From NCBI GenBank assembly GCA_965228875.1, contig OZ245843.1, positions 1,346,616 through 1,410,615 of the forward strand: DNA of 64,000 nucleotides, in the 5' to 3' direction. A model generated the notes under the pieces. It had not been told where the DNA came from and did not search any database. It saw only the letters and a list, made by a program, of their open reading frames with translations. Both the position numbers and the translations under genes were made by a program. This document shows positions 52,601 through 60,843 of this stretch, piece by piece. How positions within the stretch are numbered: position 1 is the first letter of the stretch; every line of letters begins with the position of its first letter. Source of the DNA: Thalassobaculaceae bacterium (GTDB taxonomy: Bacteria > Pseudomonadota > Alphaproteobacteria > Thalassobaculales > Thalassobaculaceae).

Positions 52601-53100
52601 GGTTCGCGCACGGTGTCCGAGCGGCCGTAGCCGTTGCGGGTGAAGAAGGCGGTCAGGTCGTCCAATGGCATCGACTGACCGACCTTGAGCACGAGGGTCG
52701 CGCCGTCGAAGAACGCTTTCGGAGGCACCCGCTGCAGTGCCGCGTTGACCGTCGTCAGAACCACCGTCGGCTTTGCCGAGCGCTTGCGTACCGCCAACCG
52801 GGCCAGCGTGTCGATCCGGCGGCTGACGATCTCCGTGTTCGGGGAGACCCGATCGTAGGGCAGGCAATCCCAGGCCGGCAGTTGCAAGATCCGCAGATCG
52901 GGGTCGAAGAAGGCGACGGCCCTCGCCAGGGCTGCCACGCGCGCATCGTCGCGCGCCACATGCAGCACAAGGCCCCGGTCGCGGGTGAGCGCGGCGACGG
53001 CCTCGGCATCGACGCCTTCCGGCGCCGAGGCGATGGCCACCCGCCCGACCGCCTTCGGAAAACCCGCAAACAACCTGTCGTGGTCGCCGACCAGGTCCAT
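49603..53100 (-). CDS. mfd: transcription-repair coupling factor
   Basis: WDCLPYDRVSP, VRGGIVD, HGIGRY, CGDVGFGKTEVA, DEEQHFGV and QLRGRVGR motifs; TRCF C-terminus. Confidence 0.99.
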   Translation of the reverse strand: MDLVGDHDRLFAGFPKAVGRVAIASAPEGVDAEAVAALTRDRGLVLHVARDDARVAALARAVAFFDPDLRILQLPAWDCLPYDRVSPNTEIVSRRIDTLARLAVRKRSAKPTVVLTTVNAALQRVPPKAFFDGATLVLKVGQSMPLDDLTAFFTRNGYGRSDTVREPGEYAVRGGIVDVFPTGTEEPVRLDFFGDDLEEVRRFDPMTQRTTGKRRSVAFLPVGEVLLDDATIQRFRSGYRALFGAEVTADPVYEAVSAGRRHGGMEHWLPLFHDRLDTVLDYVGDAPVTLDHQAAEVAAARFEQIAEYHDSRVQMLRAGGAEAGGIYRPLASDALYLAPADWAALLADRAVGAFTPFALPDDGAVIDFAASAGVDLAEARARGGSAVYDAVRDSVVEEIAKGRRVVVAGYSDGSRDRLAHLLRDHGIDAIEAADTLRAALELPPATVATAVLPLERGYRRGEITVISEPDIVGERLVRPSRRRKRRGEDFLREVSSLEQGDYVVHTEHGIGRYLGLETLEIGGAPHDVLRLEYLGGDKLFVPVENIDVLSRYGSQETKAQLDKLGGVGWQARKARVKKRLLDMAEALIGIAAERELRKTEPLYPPPGTYDEFCARFPFTETDDQLKAIDDVLEDLGSARPMDRLVCGDVGFGKTEVALRAALVAAAQGFQVAVVVPTTLLCRQHFRNFRDRFQGFALRVAQLSRLVTTKEANEIKEGLRSGDVNIVVGTHAVLSKQVQFNNLGLVIVDEEQHFGVGQKERLKDLRKEVHVLTMTATPIPRTLQMALSGVREMSLIATPPVDRLAVRTFVMPYDGVIIREALLRERYRGGQTFYVCPRIEDLSRVHERLMKLVPDLRIGLAHGRMAPTELEDVMTSFTDGNFDVLLSTNIVESGLDIPTANTIVIHRADMFGLAQLYQLRGRVGRSKTRAYAYLTTHPTRVLPPIAKRRLAVMQTLDSLGAGFSLASHDMDIRGAGNLLGEEQSGQVKEVGIELYQELLREAVEAARSGEGVSPEDSSWTPQIAIGMPVLIPDAYVPDLSVRMSLYRRIAMLVDQDEIDGFAAELADRFGPTPAEVDNLLKVVAIKGLCRTAGIEKVDAGPKGAIVAFRNNSFAHPDKLVTFMQQQAGSVQLRPDHKLVYRRAWNRPEQRVLGLTRLMEELAALAA

Positions 53101-53120
53101 GGCGTCGGTCCCCTCTCCCG

Positions 53121-53387
53121 TCAGGCGCGTGTCAGGTCGAAGTCGCGGATCATCTGAAGCACCGGCGTGCGGAATTCGTCCGGTGGCGTCTCCTGCCCGG
53201 TGATCCAGGTGTAGAGTCGCGGATCCTCGATGGTGAGCAGGGCCTCGTAGTCGTCCAGATCGGACTCCGTGAGCCCGCCCAGATGGGTTTCGGCGAAGGC
53301 ACCGAGCAGCAGGTCGGTCTCCTTCGTGCCCGTATAGGTGCTTCGGTAGCGCAGGCGCTTGCGGCGGGCTTCGAGTGTCTCCGTCAT
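53121..53387 (-). CDS. sdhE: succinate dehydrogenase assembly factor 2 (SdhE)
   Basis: RRKRLRYRS..TGTKETDLLLG.FA...D..LY.W; typical recG/sdhE/mfd context. Confidence 0.88.
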   Translation of the reverse strand: MTETLEARRKRLRYRSTYTGTKETDLLLGAFAETHLGGLTESDLDDYEALLTIEDPRLYTWITGQETPPDEFRTPVLQMIRDFDLTRA

Positions 53388-53497
53388 GCGGCCCTCCTCT
53401 TCAAGCTGTCATGGTCTCGCAATACCGGGCTGTGGGATATAAAGCAGGGTGCCACCCGAGACCACCCCCAGGCGAGACGACAGAGCGAGCTGCGACC

Positions 53498-55576
53498 TTG
53501 CGCCCCGAGATCCTCTTCCCGCTGTTCGCCGATGTCGGCCGGCTCGCCGGCATCGGTCCGCGCTACGCCAAGCTGATCGAGAAGGCGGCTGGACCGCAGA
53601 TCGTCGACCTGCTCTGGCACCTGCCGAACGGGCTGGTCGACCGCCGGTTCTCGCCGACGGTCGCCGAGGCGCCGGACGGCATGATCGCCACCCTCACGGT
53701 GACGGTCCTGCGGCACGAGCCGGGGCGAGGCCGCGCGCCCTACCGCGTCGTCTGCGCCGACGAGACCGGCGAGATCGAACTGGTCTATTTCCACGCCAAG
53801 GGCGACTGGCTAGAGAAGCTGCTTCCCATTGGCCTGCAGCGGGTGATCAGCGGAAAGGTCGAGCGGTTCCGCGGCAAGGCGCAGATGTCGCATCCGGACC
53901 ACGCCGTCCCGGTGGCGGAGGCGGAAAGCGTGCGCGTCGTCGAACCGGTTCACCCCTCCACCGACGGCCTGCATCAGCGCACCCTGCGCAAGGCGATCGA
54001 CGGCGCGCTCGCCCGCCTGCCCGTCCTGGAAGAGTGGATCAACCCAACGCTCGTACAGCAGCGCGGCTGGCCGGCGTGGGAAGCGGCCGTGAGCGCCGCC
54101 CATCACCCGCAGGGCCGCCCGGACCTCGAGCCGACCGCCCTGCCCCGTCAGCGACTGGCCTATGACGAGATCCTGGCCAACCAGCTCGCCCTGGCGCTGG
54201 TCCGCGCGCGGATGAAGCGGCAGAAGGGCCGCATACTGAAGGGCGACGGACACCTGCGGGACGCGATCCTGACCGGGCTGCCGTTCAGACTCACGGGGGC
54301 GCAGCGCGCGGCCCTGGCCGAGATTGATGGCGACATGGCCGCCGGCAACCGCATGCTGCGCCTGCTTCAGGGCGATGTGGGCAGCGGCAAGACACTGGTC
54401 GCGCTGATCGCCATGGCAAACGCCGTCGAGTGCGGGGCACAGGCGGCGCTGATGGCCCCGACCGAGATCCTCGCCCGCCAGCACTTCGCGACGATCGAGC
54501 CGCTGGCCCGCGCCGCCGGCATCCGCTGCGAGATCCTCACCGGCAGGGACAAGGGCAAGACCCGAGGTGCGATCCTGGGGCGCATCGCAGAGGGGTCGGC
54601 GCAGATCGTTGTCGGCACCCATGCCCTGTTCCAGGAGGACGTGGCGTTCCGCGACCTCGCCCTCGCGGTGATCGACGAACAGCACCGCTTCGGCGTGCAT
54701 CAGCGCATGGTGCTGGGCGACAAGGGCCAGGGCGTCGACATCCTGGTGATGACGGCGACGCCGATCCCCCGGACCCTGGTGATGACCGCCTACGGCGATC
54801 TCGATGTCTCGCGACTGACCGAGAAGCCGCCTGGGCGCCAGCCGATCGACACGCGCGTCATCGCCAACGACCGGCTGATGGACGTCGTCGACGGGGTCGC
54901 ACGACGCATGGAGGCGGGCGCCAAGGTCTATTGGGTGTGCCCCCTGGTCGAGGAGTCGGAGGCCCTCGACGTCGCCGCCGCCGAGGAGCGCGCCACGACC
55001 CTGCGCGAACGGTTCGGCGAGCGGGTCGGGCTGATCCATGGCCGCATGAAGGGCGCCGACAAGGACGCGATGATGGCGTCGTTCAAGGACGGTCCGGTCG
55101 ATCTGCTGGTCGCCACCACGGTGATCGAGGTCGGTGTCGACGTGCCCGACGCCACGGTCATGGTGATCGAACACGCCGAGCGCTTCGGTCTCGCCCAGCT
55201 GCACCAGCTGCGCGGCCGGATCGGTCGCGGCGACAAGGCCTCGACCTGCCTGCTGGTCTACGCGGCGCCGCTGAGCGAGACCGGACGGGCACGCCTCTCG
55301 GTCATGCGCGAGAGCGAGGACGGGTTCCGCATCGCCGAAGAGGATCTGAAGCTGCGCGGCGCCGGCGAGGTCCTGGGCACCCGCCAGAGCGGCCTGCCGA
55401 CCTTCCGCCTCGCCGATGCCGCCGCCCATGACGACCTGTTCGAGGTCGCCCGCGATGACGCACGCCTGCTGCTGGACAAGGACCCGGAGCTTGAGGGGCC
55501 GCGCGGCAGGGCGGTTCGCACCCTTCTCTACCTGTTCGAGCGGGACGCCGCCGTGCGATATCTCAGGGGAGCTTGA
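53498..55576 (+). CDS. recG: ATP-dependent DNA helicase RecG
   Basis: TTG start RPEILFPLF, QGDVGSGKT, DEQHRFGV, MTATPIPRT and QLRGRIGRG motifs. Confidence 0.97.
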   Translation: MRPEILFPLFADVGRLAGIGPRYAKLIEKAAGPQIVDLLWHLPNGLVDRRFSPTVAEAPDGMIATLTVTVLRHEPGRGRAPYRVVCADETGEIELVYFHAKGDWLEKLLPIGLQRVISGKVERFRGKAQMSHPDHAVPVAEAESVRVVEPVHPSTDGLHQRTLRKAIDGALARLPVLEEWINPTLVQQRGWPAWEAAVSAAHHPQGRPDLEPTALPRQRLAYDEILANQLALALVRARMKRQKGRILKGDGHLRDAILTGLPFRLTGAQRAALAEIDGDMAAGNRMLRLLQGDVGSGKTLVALIAMANAVECGAQAALMAPTEILARQHFATIEPLARAAGIRCEILTGRDKGKTRGAILGRIAEGSAQIVVGTHALFQEDVAFRDLALAVIDEQHRFGVHQRMVLGDKGQGVDILVMTATPIPRTLVMTAYGDLDVSRLTEKPPGRQPIDTRVIANDRLMDVVDGVARRMEAGAKVYWVCPLVEESEALDVAAAEERATTLRERFGERVGLIHGRMKGADKDAMMASFKDGPVDLLVATTVIEVGVDVPDATVMVIEHAERFGLAQLHQLRGRIGRGDKASTCLLVYAAPLSETGRARLSVMRESEDGFRIAEEDLKLRGAGEVLGTRQSGLPTFRLADAAAHDDLFEVARDDARLLLDKDPELEGPRGRAVRTLLYLFERDAAVRYLRGA

Positions 55577-55588
55577 GGGAGGACGACG

Positions 55589-56029
55589 ATGAAGCTCCTG
55601 CTGATCCAGGGCGCCAACATGGAATGGCTCGGCAAACGCCAGCCGGAGTTCTACGGCACGACCACTGCCGCTGAACTGGATGCCATGCTCCATGAGGAAG
55701 CGAAACGCCACGGCGTCGAACTGGAGATCGTCTACACCAACGTCGAGGGCGAAGCGATCAGCCGGATCTACCAGGCGGCGCGCGACGGCGTCGACGGGGT
55801 GATGATGAATCCCGCCGGATTCAGCTATGCCGGATACGCGCTCCGCGACTGTCTGATCGGCGCGGATCTGCCTTACGTGGAAGTCCACATGACCAATATC
55901 GAGGCGCGCGGCTTCCACTCCGTCGTCGCGGTCGCCGCCGACGGGCTGGTGACGGGCATGGGCATCGATTCCTACAGGCTCGGTCTCGATGCCCTGATCC
56001 GGTTGGTCCGGCGCAACGCGTCCGACTGA
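55589..56029 (+). CDS. aroQ: type II 3-dehydroquinate dehydratase-like protein (divergent)
   Basis: G.N...LG.RQPE.YG, N.EGE.I, NPAG...ALRD and EVHMTN...R motifs; several consensus positions are changed. Confidence 0.75.
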   Translation: MKLLLIQGANMEWLGKRQPEFYGTTTAAELDAMLHEEAKRHGVELEIVYTNVEGEAISRIYQAARDGVDGVMMNPAGFSYAGYALRDCLIGADLPYVEVHMTNIEARGFHSVVAVAADGLVTGMGIDSYRLGLDALIRLVRRNASD

Positions 56030-56971
56030 TCAGGCGGTCAACCCGAAGGCGGCGCGGATCGACCTGGCGGAGTCCGCGATCGTCTGACGCGCCACGTCGA
56101 CGATCGCGAAGGCGCGGAGATAGCCGTGGATCATGCCGGGATAGTCGATGTACTCGACCGGAACCCCGTCGGCCTTCAGTTTCTCGGCATACGCCAAACC
56201 CTCGTCCTTGAGCGGGTCGAAACCGGCCGTCGTCACCAGCGCCGGCGCGACCCCGGCGAGACTGCCGGCGCGCAGGGGCGAGCACTTTGGATCGCTACGG
56301 TCCCCCATGTCGGGCGCGTAAAGATCCTTGAACCAGGCGATGGCGTCGCGGGTCAGGAAATAGCCATCGGCGAACGCGTCGACCGATCCGCCCTGCGCGA
56401 GGTAGTCCGTATTCGGATAGACCAGCCACTGGAAGCACGGCGAGATCGCGTCGCCGCGGGTCTCGTTGCTGACGACCGCCGCCAGATTGCCGCCGGCGCT
56501 GTCGCCGCCGACCGCGATCCGCGCCGCATCGACGCCGAGTCCGTCGGCATGCGCAGCGACCCAGCGGAACGCCGCGATCGCATCCTCCGCGGCGCCCGGA
56601 AACGGTGTCTCGGGCGCAAGTCGGTAGTCGATCGAGATCACCGTGCAGGGGACAGCCTCGGCGATCGCGCGACAGATCGGGTCGTGGCTGTCGAGGGATC
56701 CGAAGACCATGCCGCCGCCGTGATAGTAGATCAGGGCCGGCCCCGGCTCATCGACCGCATCCTCCGGTCTGTAGAGCCGATAGCCGATCTTGCCCCCGGG
56801 GCCGTCGAAAGAGGCGTTCTCCACCGCCCGGAAGCGCCCGCCATAGGGTTTCGCGCGATCAACGGATTCCTGGACCCGGCGGCGCGCTTCGACCGGATCG
56901 TCGGTGTCGAAGGGCGAACCGATATCGTTGATCGCGGCGAGCAGTTCGACACATTGCGGGTCCAGGGCCAT
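56030..56971 (-). CDS. alpha/beta hydrolase, HSL-family esterase
   Basis: HGGG, DYRLAPE.PFP, GDSAGG, DPLKDEG and GMIHG motifs. Confidence 0.93.
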   Translation of the reverse strand: MALDPQCVELLAAINDIGSPFDTDDPVEARRRVQESVDRAKPYGGRFRAVENASFDGPGGKIGYRLYRPEDAVDEPGPALIYYHGGGMVFGSLDSHDPICRAIAEAVPCTVISIDYRLAPETPFPGAAEDAIAAFRWVAAHADGLGVDAARIAVGGDSAGGNLAAVVSNETRGDAISPCFQWLVYPNTDYLAQGGSVDAFADGYFLTRDAIAWFKDLYAPDMGDRSDPKCSPLRAGSLAGVAPALVTTAGFDPLKDEGLAYAEKLKADGVPVEYIDYPGMIHGYLRAFAIVDVARQTIADSARSIRAAFGLTA

Positions 56972-57055
56972 GGGCTGCCTCTCCTCGGCGTTTTCTTGAT
57001 TTGATGTGGGTCGGGATCCGACGCGGGTCCCCTGATCGTAGCGTCCTGCCGCCGC

Positions 57056-57091
57056 AAAGAGAACGGCCGCTCCGAGGTTCGGAGCGGCCGC
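57056..57091 (-). terminator. terminator after the TRAP operon
   Basis: 12-bp stem CGGCCGCTCCGA/TCGGAGCGGCCG followed on the minus strand by TTCTCTTT. Confidence 0.7.
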
Positions 57092-57117
57092 ATTGTTTCG
57101 TTCGCGGAGGGGCGGCG

Positions 57118-58734
57118 CTACCCGCCCCCGAACACCTGTTCGGGTAGCCAAAGCGCCAGTCCCGGGAATTCGAGCACCGCCAGGATGCCCAGCACCTGCA
57201 GGGCCACGAACGGGATGATGCCGAAATAGATGTCCTGCATCTTCACCGACGAGGGTGCGACTCCCTTCATGTAGAACAGCGCGAAGCCGAAGGGTGGCGT
57301 GAGGAACGATGTTTGTAGGTTCGTCGCTACCAGGATAGCGAACCAGTATATGACCTGCGCCTCTAGATACTGGGTCTCCGCCATGCTCGACGGCGCGTCT
57401 ATGCCCAGATGGGAGGCGAAGGCCGGCGCCATCGTCCGGATCACCGGCGCGAAGACCGGCAGGATGATCAGGGTGATCTCCAGGAAGTCGAAGAAGAAGC
57501 CCAGCAGGAAGATCGCGAACATCAGCATGAACAGGAGCGCCCAGGGGCTCAGCTCCAGCCATTCGATGAACTCGATGATCAGGTCCTCTCCGTAGACGTT
57601 CCGGAAGATCGTCGAGAAGGCCGTGGCGCCGACGAAGATGAAGAAGATCATCGCCGTCGTCAGCGCCGTGCGGTGGATCACCTGGGTCAACACATCCCGC
57701 GTGAGCGTGCGGTTGAACCAGGCAAGGACCAGCGAACCGAAGGCACCGACACCGGCCGCCTCGGTCGGCGTCGCCCAACCCGCGAAGATCGACCCCAGCA
57801 CCATGACGATCAGGAAGATCGGCGGGACGAAACCCCGCAGGATACCGCCGAGCATGGTGTCGCCCTCGGCACGCCCAAGGATCATGCACGACGCGAAGAT
57901 CGCCAGGAACGCCATCAGGCCCCAGTTCACCATATCGTCGCCGATCAGGGTCTCGCCGAGATACGCGACCAGGACGATACCGCCGACGACGAAGAACAAG
58001 CGGGCGATGCTCTTCTTCTCGGTCGGATCGAGGACGATCGCGTCCTTCGGCAGCGGCGGCGCCAGATGCGGCTGCAGCGTGCATCGGGTCACGATGTAGA
58101 AGAAGTAGAGACCCGAGAGCACCAGCCCTGGAAAGATCGCGCCGATGAAGAGGTTACCGACCGACACCGCCAGCAGGTTGGCCATCAGCACCAGCATGAT
58201 GCTCGGCGGGATCAGAATGCCGAGCGTCGCCGACGCCGCGATCGTTCCCGTGGCAAGCTGGGGATGATAGCCACGCTGCAGCATCGCCGGCAGCGCCAGC
58301 AGGGTCATCATCACTACCGAGGCGCCGATGATGCCGGTCGTCGCCGCCATGATCGTACCCATGACGGTGACCGACAACGCCAGCGCGCCCGGCACCCGGC
58401 GCAGCATCACCTGCAGAATGTGCAGCAGATCCTCGGCGACCCGGGACTTCTCCAGCATCGTGCCCATGAACACGAAACAGGGGACCGCCACCAGGATGGG
58501 GTTCTGCACGGCGCCGGACGCGCCGTCACCGCCCCAGACCCGCTGGATCACCTGGAAGAAGACAGCGAAATCGAGGAACTCCAGGTAAATGGCGAGGCCA
58601 CCGAAGAGCACCGAGATGCCGCCCAGCGCGATCGCCACCGGCAGGCCGGTGAACAGCGTCAGCGCCAGCGCCAGAAACATATAGGCGCCGATATAGTCGT
58701 ACAGATGATCGTAGATCGCTTCGAAGAGCTCCAT
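57118..58734 (-). CDS. dctM: TRAP transporter large permease DctM
   Basis: LVAVPCFVFMG.MLE, TTGIIGASV, GILIPPSIML, ATPTEAAGVGA and QTSFLTPPFGFALFY motifs. Confidence 0.95.
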   Translation of the reverse strand: MELFEAIYDHLYDYIGAYMFLALALTLFTGLPVAIALGGISVLFGGLAIYLEFLDFAVFFQVIQRVWGGDGASGAVQNPILVAVPCFVFMGTMLEKSRVAEDLLHILQVMLRRVPGALALSVTVMGTIMAATTGIIGASVVMMTLLALPAMLQRGYHPQLATGTIAASATLGILIPPSIMLVLMANLLAVSVGNLFIGAIFPGLVLSGLYFFYIVTRCTLQPHLAPPLPKDAIVLDPTEKKSIARLFFVVGGIVLVAYLGETLIGDDMVNWGLMAFLAIFASCMILGRAEGDTMLGGILRGFVPPIFLIVMVLGSIFAGWATPTEAAGVGAFGSLVLAWFNRTLTRDVLTQVIHRTALTTAMIFFIFVGATAFSTIFRNVYGEDLIIEFIEWLELSPWALLFMLMFAIFLLGFFFDFLEITLIILPVFAPVIRTMAPAFASHLGIDAPSSMAETQYLEAQVIYWFAILVATNLQTSFLTPPFGFALFYMKGVAPSSVKMQDIYFGIIPFVALQVLGILAVLEFPGLALWLPEQVFGGG

Positions 58735-58737
58735 CGA

Positions 58738-59400
58738 TCAGTTCCCCCCAGCCTGCTTGAGCGCCTCTTCCGTCGCACGGCGGGCGGCTTCGAGCTCTTC
58801 ATGATCGTCTGCAAAGATCTCCAGGCCCTCGACGGCCTCTTCCTGCGCGTCCCGGTCGCCGAACAGGTAGGCGATCAACCGGAACAGGGTCGCGAGCACC
58901 GCCAGCATCGTGACGATGAAGCCCCACAGCATGAAGCTCTTGATGAACCAGCGCTGGCCGATCCCCGTCATGGACTCGGAGCCTTCTCCCTGGTGGAAGG
59001 AAAGCTCGGTCATCTGGAAGGAGTACCAGATCATCAGGACCAGGAACGGGAAGCCGAAGAACAGCAGCCCAAGGATCTCGATCCAGGCCTGGGGTCGGCG
59101 CGACAGCATCTCGCGAAACACGTCGACGCGGACATGGGCATTGGCCAGGTAGCCGAAGCCGAAGGACAGCATCAGCAGCATGGCGTGGAAATGCCACTGC
59201 AGATCCTGGAGGATCGTCGAGATTGAGTAGCCGGAAGAGGCTGTGTATCCGGCAAACAGCAATCGAGTGAAGTCAAGCTTCCGGGTAACGACGTCGAAGA
59301 TGATCACTGCGATCAGCGGGATCATGATCCAGCCGATCGTCTGCCCGATCGATCTCGCGATTCGATCGAACAGCCCGGCCACGCTTAAGAGTGCGCCCAT
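58738..59400 (-). CDS. dctQ: TRAP transporter small permease DctQ
   Basis: Four TMs, LQWH, HVRVD and RWFIK motifs; lies between dctP and dctM. Confidence 0.92.
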   Translation of the reverse strand: MGALLSVAGLFDRIARSIGQTIGWIMIPLIAVIIFDVVTRKLDFTRLLFAGYTASSGYSISTILQDLQWHFHAMLLMLSFGFGYLANAHVRVDVFREMLSRRPQAWIEILGLLFFGFPFLVLMIWYSFQMTELSFHQGEGSESMTGIGQRWFIKSFMLWGFIVTMLAVLATLFRLIAYLFGDRDAQEEAVEGLEIFADDHEELEAARRATEEALKQAGGN

Positions 59401-59482
59401 CGGTCCGCTTTCAGTTGGTTTCCACCCAGGCCCGCGCGTCACCGCACAACGGCCGCTCTCATGTCATGTCTTGCATAAGTGA

Positions 59483-59510
59483 AAAACGGCGGCGTGCACG
59501 CCGCCGTTTT
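59483..59510. terminator. perfect 28-bp palindrome between dctP and dctQ (terminator or mRNA stabiliser)
   Basis: AAAACGGCGGCGTG|CACGCCGCCGTTTT. Confidence 0.7.
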
Positions 59511-59557
59511 CCATCATGTGGAAATGGCCGAAGCCACAGAGCTTCTGAAGAGACCGA

Positions 59558-60613
59558 TTACTTCAGGTAACCGCGCTCACCCCAGACCTTGTAGGCCTCG
59601 TGGAAGGCGCTGTAGCTGTCCCACAGCTTCTTCACATCCGGGTTCGCGGCGATTTCCTCGGCCAGAACCTCAGCCCACTTCTCGCGCAGGGTGTCGAGGA
59701 CGTCGTCCGACCAGGTCACGTTGGTGACACCGTCCTTCTCGTTGGCGATCATCGCGGCCGGCTGCAGCGCCTCGCCCTCGGCGAGCTCGACGCCGATGTT
59801 GGCCGTGCAGGCAACCTCGAACTGCGCCTTCTTGACGTCTTCCAGTTCGTCCCACTTGCCCTGGTTCACCAGGATTTCGTTCGTGGTCGACTGCTGGTGC
59901 CAGCCCGGGAAGTAGTTGTACTTGGCGATCTGGTAGAAGCCGTAGGACCGGTCGATCGCCGGCATCGAGAACTCGGTGGCGTCGATGGTGCCGAGCTCCA
60001 GGGCCGGGTAGATGTCGCCGCCGGCAAGCTGCTGGGTCGAGACACCAAGCTTCTGCATGACCTTCGCGCCGACACCGAAGAAGCGCATCTTCAGGCCCTT
60101 CAGCTGGTCGAGGCTCTCGATCGGCTCACGGAACCAGCCGGAAGTCTCCGGCGGGATCATGCCGCAGTAGAAGTACTTGATGCCGTCGCGGGCGTACAGT
60201 TCTTCACCGATCTCGACACCGCCACCGTACTGCAGCCAGGCATTGAACTCGAGGGCACCCGGGCCGAACGGCCAGGTCGACAGGAACGCGAAGGCCGAGT
60301 TCTTGCCCTGGTTGGCGCCCGGAGTGCCGTAGGCGGCGTCGAACGCGCCCTGGCTGACCGGATCGTAGTACGCATAGCCACCGGCCAGCGCGCCCGGCTC
60401 GAACACCTTGATGTCGAAGTCACCGTCGGAGATGTCCCGCACCCAGTCCGACACACGGTGGCCGACCGCGCCGATGACCGCGACCTGCTCGCCGAACGCC
60501 GAGTGCATCTTCCAGCGGACTTTACGCGCTTCGGCATCGCCCGAAGCAGCCGACAGCACAAAGGCTGCGGCGGCCGCGACGAGGCCAGCCTTCTTCAGCA
60601 TTTTCAAAGACAT
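59558..60613 (-). CDS. dctP: TRAP substrate-binding protein DctP (TakP-like, keto-acid/monocarboxylate)
   Basis: Signal peptide, WKM.S.F, PFG, GWFR, LKGLKMR (carboxylate-binding Arg), ALELGTIDATEF and YFPGWH motifs. Confidence 0.92.
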   Translation of the reverse strand: MSLKMLKKAGLVAAAAAFVLSAASGDAEARKVRWKMHSAFGEQVAVIGAVGHRVSDWVRDISDGDFDIKVFEPGALAGGYAYYDPVSQGAFDAAYGTPGANQGKNSAFAFLSTWPFGPGALEFNAWLQYGGGVEIGEELYARDGIKYFYCGMIPPETSGWFREPIESLDQLKGLKMRFFGVGAKVMQKLGVSTQQLAGGDIYPALELGTIDATEFSMPAIDRSYGFYQIAKYNYFPGWHQQSTTNEILVNQGKWDELEDVKKAQFEVACTANIGVELAEGEALQPAAMIANEKDGVTNVTWSDDVLDTLREKWAEVLAEEIAANPDVKKLWDSYSAFHEAYKVWGERGYLK

Positions 60614-60754
60614 AGAGGTAACCTCCCTGATTTATCGCGGGTTATTGTTTTTATCCCCGCATCCCACGATCAACGCGATCGATTGATCGGTTGGTTCGAT
60701 CTATTGATCGCCGACACCTTACCGGAACACGGCAGGTTTATGTCAATAGACCAT

Positions 60755-60768
60755 TTGCCAATTGGCAA
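60755..60768. promoter_or_regulatory. 14-bp perfect palindrome, candidate operator upstream of dctP
   Basis: TTGCCAATTGGCAA next to a minus-strand TTGACA (60746-60741). Confidence 0.5.
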
Positions 60769-60843
60769 CGATCAGGGGGTTGTCATGGCGAGGCGACCAT
60801 TTTGCCGCATGAATCTTCTGCCCCGCCCCGGATGCCTCCGGTG

